A DNA stretch of 32,000 bases from an uncultured Erysipelotrichaceae bacterium (GCA_964401865.1 CAYNZZ010000009.1:26357-58356); one strand, 5' to 3'; counted from the stretch's first letter, positions 7,450-15,092 are shown. Notes: generated from the sequence alone by a model not told the origin. Program-made: numbers and translations.

Positions 7450-9330
7450 ATGGAATTAAAATATAAAGCAGCGCCTCATGTTAGGCATAATTATTCAACT
7501 GCTAAGATAATGATGCATCTTACTATTGCTTTACTTATCGTTTATGCTTTTGCACTATATCGCAGTTTCACTTTAGGGCAGGCGTATTTAATTAGAGCTA
7601 TCGTACTGATGCTTACTTCTGTTGTAGTAGCGTGTTTGACCGAAACTATTTGGGCACTTTGCACACACAAAAATGTCATTGATTATTTAAAATCATCATT
7701 TCCTTGGGTTACAGCTATTATTTTAACCTTAATGGTTCCTGTTAATACTGAACCATATGCCTTAGGTGTTTCAACTTTCATCGCTATCTTCTTTGGCAAG
7801 TTGGTATTTGGCGGTTTTGGTCAAAATATTTTCAATCCGGCTGCTGTTGGTAGAGCGATTATTTTTTCGAGTTTTGCAGGCAGTATCTCAGCCGATCTAA
7901 TCACTAGCGCCACACCTGCCACTACTCTTGCGAGTGTTGGACAAATTGCTTCATCTGGTGATTTTTCGGTTTTCTTAAATGATTTTGGTGGGTTATTTAA
8001 TTTAGGCCTTGGTATGTATCAGGGGGCAATGGGTGAAACATGTTCAATTTTGATCATTGTTCTTGGCATTTATTTAACTATTGTAAATGTTATTGATTGG
8101 CGTATCCCGGTTACATACTTAGGTGTAATGTTCTTCGGTTCATTATTTGTCGGTATGGGGCATGGTCTTGGCTTTGATTATGCGCTATATTCAATTTTAA
8201 CTGGTGGTGCAATGTTCGGTGCTGTATTTATGCTTACTGATCCGGTCACTAATCCAACTACTAGAGCCGGTAAGATTGTTTTTGCAAGTATTGCCGCTGT
8301 CATTACAATCGTTATCAGATATTATGCTAATCTTCCAGAAGGCGTATTATTCTCTATTCTATTCGCAAATATGCTTACGCCAATTATTGATAAGTTTTTT
8401 GCGGGTAAACAAGTTGCCCGTATCAATAAAAACATCATCAGCACATTCGGAATGGTAATTTTATCCGTTGTCCTGATAGTTGTTATGGGGTTGGGTTTAG
8501 AATCCAAGACATATACGAGTATCTTGGTTCCTGAGTTTAACAGAGGAGCCAGTGTATCATTAAGTGATGATTATAGTATCTATAAACCAAAATTAATATC
8601 TCAAGATGGCGACACATATCAAGTGAGTGCCTTAGGCTATGGTTTATTAGGAACGCAATACGGTGGAGCAGGTGGTGAAAGTCACACAGGCGATACTTAT
8701 AAGAGAAATGAAATGACTATTGTGATTGATTCAAGTACCAATACAGTTGTATCGGTTGAGATTACTTCATTTGGCGATACGACTGGCATAGGTGATAAGG
8801 TAGATGACAAAGGATTCTATTATCAATTTATTGGTGCTGATCTTGATAGCGATGTCGATGTTGTGAGTGGCGCTACATATACATCTAAGTCAGTTAATGC
8901 AGCGGTTAATTTTGTGTTAAACGGCTGTCCTGAACCGGCAAAGATAAATGATGATTACAGTGCTTACAGCGCCACAATTACCGATGCCACGGTTAACGAC
9001 AATGGTGATGGAACTTATCATGTATCAGTAAGAGGCTATGGCTTGCTCGATGTTCAAAGCGGCGGTGCTGGTGGCGTGAGCCACACGGGCGATACTTATA
9101 CGAGAAATGAATTTGATATTACGGTGAAAGACGGCAAGATTGATTCTATCGTATTAACACATTTCGGCGATACAACAGGTATTGGCGATAAAGTTGATGA
9201 TGCATATTTAGAGAGTTTTAATGGAAAGGGTATAGATGATAGTGTTGATTTGATGAGCGGCGCTACCTATACTTCTGTGTCTGCCATAGCTGCTGCGCAA
9301 GCGGTCTTGAGCACAATCATAATTGACTAG
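7450..9330 (+). CDS. rnfD: Rnf subunit D fused to an extra TM helix and two tandem FMN-binding domains
   Basis: Residues 1-~325 are canonical RnfD/NqrB (GQNIFNPAAVGRA, native flavinylation-type site DLITSATP, MLTDPVT, ANMLTPIIDK). Residues 329-350 form an additional hydrophobic helix (IISTFGMVILSVVLIVVMGLGL). Residues ~372-490 and ~500-620 are two homologous FMN_bind-like domains, each ending in D(V/L)xSGATYTS. Confidence 0.9.
   Translation: MELKYKAAPHVRHNYSTAKIMMHLTIALLIVYAFALYRSFTLGQAYLIRAIVLMLTSVVVACLTETIWALCTHKNVIDYLKSSFPWVTAIILTLMVPVNTEPYALGVSTFIAIFFGKLVFGGFGQNIFNPAAVGRAIIFSSFAGSISADLITSATPATTLASVGQIASSGDFSVFLNDFGGLFNLGLGMYQGAMGETCSILIIVLGIYLTIVNVIDWRIPVTYLGVMFFGSLFVGMGHGLGFDYALYSILTGGAMFGAVFMLTDPVTNPTTRAGKIVFASIAAVITIVIRYYANLPEGVLFSILFANMLTPIIDKFFAGKQVARINKNIISTFGMVILSVVLIVVMGLGLESKTYTSILVPEFNRGASVSLSDDYSIYKPKLISQDGDTYQVSALGYGLLGTQYGGAGGESHTGDTYKRNEMTIVIDSSTNTVVSVEITSFGDTTGIGDKVDDKGFYYQFIGADLDSDVDVVSGATYTSKSVNAAVNFVLNGCPEPAKINDDYSAYSATITDATVNDNGDGTYHVSVRGYGLLDVQSGGAGGVSHTGDTYTRNEFDITVKDGKIDSIVLTHFGDTTGIGDKVDDAYLESFNGKGIDDSVDLMSGATYTSVSAIAAAQAVLSTIIID
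8563..9309 (+). repeat. tandem duplicated coding module (two FMN-binding domain copies) inside rnfD
   Basis: Copy 1 is about 8563..8919 and copy 2 about 8947..9309. Aligned strings include GYGLLGTQYGGAGGESHTGDTYKRNE / GYGLLDVQSGGAGGVSHTGDTYTRNE, FGDTTGIGDKVDD in both, and VSGATYTS / MSGATYTS. Similarity is also visible at the nucleotide level (ggcgatacttataagagaaatga vs ggcgatacttatacgagaaatga). Confidence 0.85.
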
Positions 9331-9339
9331 GAGGCATAT

Positions 9340-9840
9340 ATGAAAAAAACAATTACATTAGTATTATTCTTAGGAATTGTGGCCGCTGTTTCAGGTTTAT
9401 GTATCAGTTTGGTAAATGATGTCACTAGTCCGATAATTGCTGAAAATGATATCGCTTCTGAAAAGGCAAATTTAGAATTGATGTTTCCTAATGCTGAATT
9501 TACAGTTATCGATTACTCGGGTGACGATGATGCGGTACTGGGCATCTATGAAGTTAAAGATATTGGCTATGTAGTAAAGGTTGAGGGATATGGATATTCG
9601 TCGACACCAATTGTTGCCTTGATAGGCATGGATAAAGATCTTACCGTTCTTGATGTAATTATCTTATCTAATCAAGAAACAAATGGTTTCGGTAGTCGTT
9701 GCTTTGAAAGAGACTTTGTGGAAAAAGCCTACATTGGCAAGAAAAAAGATGAAGAAGTAGATATGCTTTCAGGTGCAACTTTAACATCGACAGCCATGAA
9801 GAAAATGATCAACTCTGCGCGTATGGCGCTAGGTGATTAG
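9340..9840 (+). CDS. rnfG: Rnf subunit G (membrane-anchored FMN-binding subunit)
   Basis: 166 aa. N-terminal TM anchor, an FMN_bind domain and the flavinylation motif DMLSGATLTS. RBS GGAGG. Confidence 0.9.
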   Translation: MKKTITLVLFLGIVAAVSGLCISLVNDVTSPIIAENDIASEKANLELMFPNAEFTVIDYSGDDDAVLGIYEVKDIGYVVKVEGYGYSSTPIVALIGMDKDLTVLDVIILSNQETNGFGSRCFERDFVEKAYIGKKKDEEVDMLSGATLTSTAMKKMINSARMALGD

Positions 9841-9848
9841 GAGGACTT

Positions 9849-10490
9849 ATGTGGAAAAATTTTAAAAATGGTTTCATTTTAGAAAATCCAGTATTCGGTC
9901 TTTATTTAGGTATGTGTAGTGCGTTAGCTATTTCTACAACATTAAATAATGCAATCGGTATGGGTATGTGTGTTACATTGGTATTGATTTGTTCAAATAT
10001 CATCGTATCAATCATTCGCAAAGTTACACCGGATGAAATTCGTATTCCGGTATATATTGTTGTAATAGCATCTTTAGTTACAATTGTAGAAATGTTAGTA
10101 CATGCGTTTATGCCTGAATTATATAAATCGCTTGGTGTATTCTTATCATTGATTGTAGTAAACTGTATTATTCTTGGACGTGCCGAAGCATTTGCGTCTA
10201 AAAATGGTGTGGTAGCAAGTGCCATTGATGGCTTAGGCATGGGTTTAGGATATACTTTCGCTTTATTGTTAATATCGGTTGTAAGAGAATTTTTAGCGAC
10301 GATGGCAATTACATTTGTAAATCCATTCAATGCCGAACAAGTTTTATTCTCGTTTAGTATTGAAGCTTTGGAACCATTCAAGATTTCTTTATTCTCTTCA
10401 TCTGTTGGTGCATTCTTTACATTTGCGTGCTTTGCGGCATTATTCTCGGTTATTCGTAAGAATATGAAAAAGAAAGAGGAGGCTAAATAA
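9849..10490 (+). CDS. rnfE: Rnf subunit E
   Basis: 213-aa polytopic protein of the RnfA/E-NqrD/E family: NPVFGLYLGMCSALA and LSLIVVNCIILGRAEAFA. Its position after rnfG is as in rnfCDGEAB operons. Confidence 0.9.
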   Translation: MWKNFKNGFILENPVFGLYLGMCSALAISTTLNNAIGMGMCVTLVLICSNIIVSIIRKVTPDEIRIPVYIVVIASLVTIVEMLVHAFMPELYKSLGVFLSLIVVNCIILGRAEAFASKNGVVASAIDGLGMGLGYTFALLLISVVREFLATMAITFVNPFNAEQVLFSFSIEALEPFKISLFSSSVGAFFTFACFAALFSVIRKNMKKKEEAK

Positions 10491-10492
10491 TT

Positions 10493-11068
10493 ATGGGTGA
10501 AATTTTAACTATGGCTTTGGCCGCTATACTTATCAATAATGTTGTGCTATCTAAATTCTTGGGTGTTTGTCCGTTCTTAGGTGTATCTAAAAATTCTAAG
10601 AATGCGATTGGCATGGGTCTTGCGGTAACATTTGTTATTCTGGGTGCTTCACTAATTACATATTTCTTGTATTATGGTGTTTTAGTAAAATTTGAGATTG
10701 AATATATGCAACTTATTACTTTCATTTTGGTAATCGCTGCTTTTGTTCAATTTGTTGAAATGTTTATTAAGAAATATAGTGCGCCATTATATAAGAGTTT
10801 AGGTATCTATTTACCACTTATCACTACTAACTGTGTCGTATTATTCGTGGCAAAAGACAATATTGCACAAGGCTATAATTTAGTTGAAACAATCGTTAAT
10901 TCAATTTCTGTACCTTTAGGTTTCATGCTAGTGCTATATTTATTCTCTAGCATTCGTGAAAGACTTGATAGTTCTGATGTTCCCGAGGCATTTAAAGGCA
11001 ATCCGGTTGCACTAGTTGTTGCAGGTCTTATGGCTTTAGCCTTTAGCGGTTTAGCTGGTATTGTTTAA
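10493..11068 (+). CDS. rnfA: Rnf subunit A
   Basis: 191 aa: NNVVLSKFLGVCPFLGVS and LGIYLPLITTNCVVL, of the RnfA/NqrE type. RBS GAGGAGG. Confidence 0.9.
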   Translation: MGEILTMALAAILINNVVLSKFLGVCPFLGVSKNSKNAIGMGLAVTFVILGASLITYFLYYGVLVKFEIEYMQLITFILVIAAFVQFVEMFIKKYSAPLYKSLGIYLPLITTNCVVLFVAKDNIAQGYNLVETIVNSISVPLGFMLVLYLFSSIRERLDSSDVPEAFKGNPVALVVAGLMALAFSGLAGIV

Positions 11069-11256
11069 TGTCGGCAATTATCTATTTTATTGTTTTGGCA
11101 GCTTTGTATGGAGTATTCTATTATTTTAATCATAAGACTCCAAAACCTGAAGGTTGCGAAAATTTAAAATCTAACTGTGATGGATGTAAGATAACTTCTT
11201 GTATGTCGCATCCTATTCACGATGAAGCTTATAAGGGAGGAAACAAAGATGATTAA
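11068..11256 (+). CDS. small Cys-rich single-pass membrane protein (resembles FeoB-associated Cys-rich membrane peptides)
   Basis: 62 aa. N-terminal TM helix (SAIIYFIVLAALYGVFYYF), then the motif CENLKSNCDGCKITSC (C-x6-C-x2-C-x4-C). Its ATG overlaps the rnfA stop (TAATG) and its 3' end overlaps the rnfB start by 8 nt. That coupling on both sides argues for a real gene. Confidence 0.6.
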   Translation: MSAIIYFIVLAALYGVFYYFNHKTPKPEGCENLKSNCDGCKITSCMSHPIHDEAYKGGNKDD

Positions 11257-11557
11257 TGCTATATTAGTAATGTTGGTTGTTGGTATGGTTTTGGGATTAT
11301 TATTGTCGCTTGCTTCAAAACTGTTCTATGTCGAGATAGATGAAAGACAAGAAAAAGTTACGTCTATGCTTCCAGGGTTCAACTGTGGAAGTTGTGGACA
11401 TCCTGGCTGTAGTGGATTGGCGAGTGCGTTAATAGAAAAAAGTACTGACACAGTGAATTGTAGGCCATGTAAGCCTGAACAAAGGCAAGCTATTGTTGAT
11501 TATCTCAATAGTACGCCAGGTCCAGATGGCGAAGTATTAAAAGTAAAATCAATATAA
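11249..11557 (+). CDS. rnfB: minimal Rnf subunit B: membrane anchor plus N-terminal Fe-S module only, no ferredoxin-type domains
   Basis: 102 aa from ATG 11249; GGGAGG at 11235..11240 gives an 8-nt spacing. TM helix MINAILVMLVVGMVLGLLLSLA, then LPGFNCGSCGHPGCSGLASAL...NCRPC, the RnfB N-terminal C-x2-C-x4-C-x17-C pattern. The ORF stops before any CxxCxxCxxxCP domain. The track start at 11222 has no SD. Confidence 0.8.
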   Translation: MINAILVMLVVGMVLGLLLSLASKLFYVEIDERQEKVTSMLPGFNCGSCGHPGCSGLASALIEKSTDTVNCRPCKPEQRQAIVDYLNSTPGPDGEVLKVKSI

Positions 11558-11561
11558 TAAA

Positions 11562-11589
11562 TAACGGTATCATAGCTATGATACCGTTA
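11562..11589. repeat. perfect 28-nt palindrome between rnfB and mrp
   Basis: TAACGGTATCATAG|CTATGATACCGTTA. No U-tract follows. TATAAT at 11593..11598 comes directly after it, followed by the AAGGAGG of mrp. Confidence 0.7.
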
Positions 11590-11615
11590 CGTTATAATGC
11601 AAAAGGAGGAATAAA

Positions 11616-12437
11616 ATGAGCGAAAATTGTAATCACGATTGCAGTAATTGTAATGAAAATTGTAATTCAAGACAAATCGAACCAAAAGTACCACTAGAAG
11701 ATACTAAAATAAATAAGATTGTTGGTGTTTTAAGTGGAAAAGGCGGCGTCGGCAAATCGATGGTGTCTTCGCTTTTAGCAGTAGAATTAGCTAAAAAGGG
11801 ATATAAGGTTGGTATCATGGACGCTGATATCACAGGTCCAAGTATTCCGAAGATGTTCGATATGCATGAACCTGCATATGGTGATGAAAAAGGTGTTTTC
11901 CCTAATTTGAGTAATAAATACGGTATTAAAATATTATCTATCAATATGATGCTAGAAAGCGAAGATACACCGGTGTTGTGGCGTGGTCCTATCATTGGCG
12001 GAATGGTTACTCAATTCTATACTGAAGCGCATTGGGGTGAATTAGATTATTTAGTAATTGATATGCCACCAGGAACCAGTGATGTTGCATTATCTGTTTT
12101 ACAAGAAATTCCAGTAGACGGTCTGGTAATGGTATCCAACCCATCTAAATTGGTGTCAATGATTGTTTCTAAGGCTATTGTTATGGCACAAAAAACTGAT
12201 ACTAAGATGATTGGCTTAGTTGAAAATATGGCATATGTAAAATGTCCGGATTGCGGAAAGATCATTAAGATTCATGGTGATAACGATACTAAAAACATTT
12301 GTCAAAAATATAATTTGGATGTTTTGGCTAGTTTGCCATTAGATACCGAGTTAGCTAATTTATCTGATGAAGGTAAAATTGAAGATTATAGTAGCAATTA
12401 TATTGATGAATTGGTTGCTTCTGTTATTACATTTTAA
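11616..12437 (+). CDS. mrp: Mrp/NBP35/ApbC-family ATP-binding Fe-S cluster carrier
   Basis: 273 aa. Deviant Walker A GKGGVGKS, the DMPPGTSD motif, a C-terminal CPDCG pair and an N-terminal Cys-rich tail CNHDCSNCNENC. RBS AAGGAGG. Confidence 0.9.
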   Translation: MSENCNHDCSNCNENCNSRQIEPKVPLEDTKINKIVGVLSGKGGVGKSMVSSLLAVELAKKGYKVGIMDADITGPSIPKMFDMHEPAYGDEKGVFPNLSNKYGIKILSINMMLESEDTPVLWRGPIIGGMVTQFYTEAHWGELDYLVIDMPPGTSDVALSVLQEIPVDGLVMVSNPSKLVSMIVSKAIVMAQKTDTKMIGLVENMAYVKCPDCGKIIKIHGDNDTKNICQKYNLDVLASLPLDTELANLSDEGKIEDYSSNYIDELVASVITF

Positions 12438-12455
12438 GTCTCGAAAGAGACTTTT
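12436..12455 (+). terminator. putative intrinsic terminator after mrp
   Basis: AAGTCTC-gaaa-GAGACTT followed by a short T-run. The stem is short (7 bp), so confidence is moderate. Confidence 0.5.
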
Positions 12456-12499
12456 AAAAATTTCAGATATATTTCACATGGTTTTGTTATGATTAAAGT

Positions 12500-13168
12500 A
12501 TGAATGAAAAAATATTGGTTGTTGATGATGAAGAAAAGATAAGAGAAATGATATCTAAGTATGGTTTACATGAAGGATATGATATCGAAATGGCTAAAGA
12601 TGGTGTTGATGCAGTCGAAAAATGTGAAAATAATGACTACGATTTAATTATTATGGATGTCATGATGCCAAAAATGGATGGATTTAAAGCTTATCAAAAA
12701 ATTAAAGAAAACAAGGATATTCCATGTATCTTTTTAACTGCGTTAAATGAAGAATACGACAGAATATATGGCTTTGATATTGGTGGTGAAGACTATGTAT
12801 CTAAACCTTTCTCTTTAAAGGAACTAATGCTTAGAATAAAAGTTATTTTGAAAAGGCATAATGAAAGCAATGACTTTTTGGAAGTTAATGGTTTAAAGGT
12901 TGATTTACAAGCTAGAATTGTAACAGTTGATGGTGAAAAGATTAATCTTTCTTTAAAGGAGTATGAATTGTTGGTATATCTTTTAAAAAATCAAGGTATC
13001 GCCTTGTCTAGGGAAAGTATTTTAGAAAAAGTATGGGGATATGATTATTTTAAAGATGATAGAACTTTGGATACTCATATGAAATTGCTTCGTAAGGCTA
13101 TTGGACCTTATGCTAAACACATCACGACGATTAGAGGGGTAGGTTATCGCTTTGAAAAAAACGCGTAG
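12500..13168 (+). CDS. OmpR/PhoB-family response regulator
   Basis: 222 aa. Receiver domain (VDDEE...DLIIMDVMMPKMDG...KP) plus a winged-helix output domain (LSLKEYELLVYLLKN...RTLDTHMKLLRKA...TIRGVGYRF). Confidence 0.9.
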   Translation: MNEKILVVDDEEKIREMISKYGLHEGYDIEMAKDGVDAVEKCENNDYDLIIMDVMMPKMDGFKAYQKIKENKDIPCIFLTALNEEYDRIYGFDIGGEDYVSKPFSLKELMLRIKVILKRHNESNDFLEVNGLKVDLQARIVTVDGEKINLSLKEYELLVYLLKNQGIALSRESILEKVWGYDYFKDDRTLDTHMKLLRKAIGPYAKHITTIRGVGYRFEKNA

Positions 13169-14561
13169 TTTGCGATTTAAGATTACCTGTATTTTATTAG
13201 TTTTTGATTTGTTGATATTAGGGCTAATATATCTATTCCAGACATTTTTCCTAGATGATTTTTATTATCGCAGTAAAATTAAAGATATGATAAGTGTTTC
13301 GGATACTTTAGTTAAAAGGATTAGTGATGAAGATATTGAAGGGTTGGTTGCTGAAACATCATATCTAAATGAAGTGTGTGTAAGAATAGAAACCGATTTA
13401 ACATCAATTACTAGTCGTAATAATAATCAAGTATGTGCGCTTAATAATTTAAGTGATGACCAAGTGAATGATATAATAAACATTACAAAGCAAGAGGGTG
13501 GCAGTCACCTATTTAAGAATTATCGTCTTTCATATCCTTTTAATGATAAAGATTTATTTATATATGGAAAAGTTACAACTTTATATAATCAGCCAATCGT
13601 AGTGATGGTTTCCTCGACTATTGAACCTTTAAACGCGACCATCTCAACTATTCAATCACAATATTTAATTATTGTTGCAATCATTATCATCGTAACGATA
13701 TTATTGGCTTTGCTTATTTCACAAATGATAATAAAACCAATCAAACGCATCAATACCGAAGTCAAAAAGCTGCCAAAAGGAAAATATGACGATACAAAAA
13801 CTTCTCATAATTCTAGCGAGTTTAAAGAATTGAATGATACTTTGGTTGCAGCTAATAAAGAAATTAATAAAGCCGATAGAGCTAGAAAAGAATTACTATC
13901 TAATGTGTCTCATGATTTACGCACACCACTTACTATGATTGTCGGTTATGGTGAGATGATAAGAGATATTAAAGAAGAAAACAATGATGAAAACATTAAT
14001 GTGATAATTAATGAAGCTAAACGTCTGTCTTCTTTAGTTGATGATTTATTAGATGTTTCACGCATCGAAAATGAAAAACTTGTTTTAAATTTAGAAGATG
14101 TTTCGCTAAATGATTTCTTAACTAATGTCTATAATCAGTACCAGAAGTATTGTAGCAGTTTAGGTATTGATTTTTCGCTTGAACTTGATGAAGATGCCAT
14201 TATTACAATTGATAAAAAAAGAATTGGTCAGGTGCTATATAACTTTTTAAATAATGCGATAAATTATAATGACAATGAACACAAGATTATCAAAATCATG
14301 TCTAAAGAAGAAGAGAGCAGATACAAGATTTCAGTTTATGATAATGGTCAAGGAATAAAAAAAGAAGATATCGAAAATATATGGAGTCGCTATTACAAAG
14401 TTGATCAGGAGCATGTAAGATTTCATATCGGTAGTGGTATAGGTTTATCGTTAGCTAAACAATTACTTGATTCCCATGGCTTTGAATATGGTGTTGAATC
14501 GGTGTATGGAGAATATTCTGTGTTTTATTTCTATATTGAAAAAGAAGAGGATGAAGAGTAA
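13152..14561 (+). CDS. sensor histidine kinase (HisKA + HATPase_c), two TM segments flanking an ~140-aa extracytoplasmic region
   Basis: 469 aa. H-box LLSNVSHDLRTPLT, N-box LYNFLNNAINY, G-boxes DNGQGI and GSGIGLSLAK. The TTG start at 13152 overlaps the end of the response-regulator gene. Confidence 0.9.
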   Translation: MKKTRSLRFKITCILLVFDLLILGLIYLFQTFFLDDFYYRSKIKDMISVSDTLVKRISDEDIEGLVAETSYLNEVCVRIETDLTSITSRNNNQVCALNNLSDDQVNDIINITKQEGGSHLFKNYRLSYPFNDKDLFIYGKVTTLYNQPIVVMVSSTIEPLNATISTIQSQYLIIVAIIIIVTILLALLISQMIIKPIKRINTEVKKLPKGKYDDTKTSHNSSEFKELNDTLVAANKEINKADRARKELLSNVSHDLRTPLTMIVGYGEMIRDIKEENNDENINVIINEAKRLSSLVDDLLDVSRIENEKLVLNLEDVSLNDFLTNVYNQYQKYCSSLGIDFSLELDEDAIITIDKKRIGQVLYNFLNNAINYNDNEHKIIKIMSKEEESRYKISVYDNGQGIKKEDIENIWSRYYKVDQEHVRFHIGSGIGLSLAKQLLDSHGFEYGVESVYGEYSVFYFYIEKEEDEE

Positions 14562-14590
14562 CTGGCGATTCATCGTTTGGAGGTACAATT

Positions 14591-14989
14591 TTGGAAACAA
14601 TTATTAATTATTTGGATATTCCGTATAAAGAAAGAGATAGTGTTTTAGAACAATTGTTTCATATTGGTTTTTGTCCTGCCTAAGGAAAACAAAAAACGCT
14701 AAAAAGGGAAATGGAAAAATCGCAAAAAGACAAATTACCTCAATATATCTTTGTATTTCGAGATAATTTACTCATCGGATATTCCTTTTTGATAGGCGAA
14801 AAAGAACATACATGTAAAGCTTTGCCTTGGTGGGCAGTAGATAATTCAGATGAGCTGCCATTAGAAACTGCTGTTCATCTATTAGAATATGCAATTAGCC
14901 TTTCTAGAAAATGCGGTTATCCTATATTAGCAGATAGATTAGCAGATAGATTAAAATGTAACTTAGAGATTCAAAAGAATAAAATTTAA
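14591..14989 (+). pseudogene. hypothetical ORF interrupted by one in-frame TAA (or two small independent ORFs)
   Basis: TTG 14591 lies 7 nt after GGAGG (14579..14583) and opens a frame giving LETIINYLDIPYKERDSVLEQLFHIGFCPA. That frame hits TAA at 14681..14683 and continues in the same frame into the track ORF 14711..14989. I recognise no family. Confidence 0.35.
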
Positions 14990-15092
14990 TAATCTTTCAT
15001 TTGTCATAAACATTTATTAGTTTCTAACAAAAATCTAACTAAGTCGATTTTATAATGAAAATGCAATTATATAAATATATGGTTAGAGCAAA

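Noticed and set aside
9902-10381. 159-aa minus-strand ORF antisense to rnfE. Similar shadow ORFs occur at 680..865, 866..1051, 1256..1483, 3410..3598, 3599..3904, 8204..8458, 8322..8507, 11633..11995, 12047..12265, 16080..16352, 16477..16803, 17835..18020, 20055..20252, 20404..20595, 20608..20832, 20889..21167, 22617..22817, 22751..22945, 22795..23034, 23355..23549, 25001..25204, 26358..26588, 26450..26671, 27834..28043, 27988..28179 and 28336..28524.
   Set aside because: Each lies entirely within, or out of frame with, a gene carrying clear family motifs (rnfE, ABC, pgi, rnfD, mrp, amylase, era, ATP-grasp and others). Their translations are low-complexity or hydrophobic strings typical of AT-rich antisense frames, and none has an RBS.
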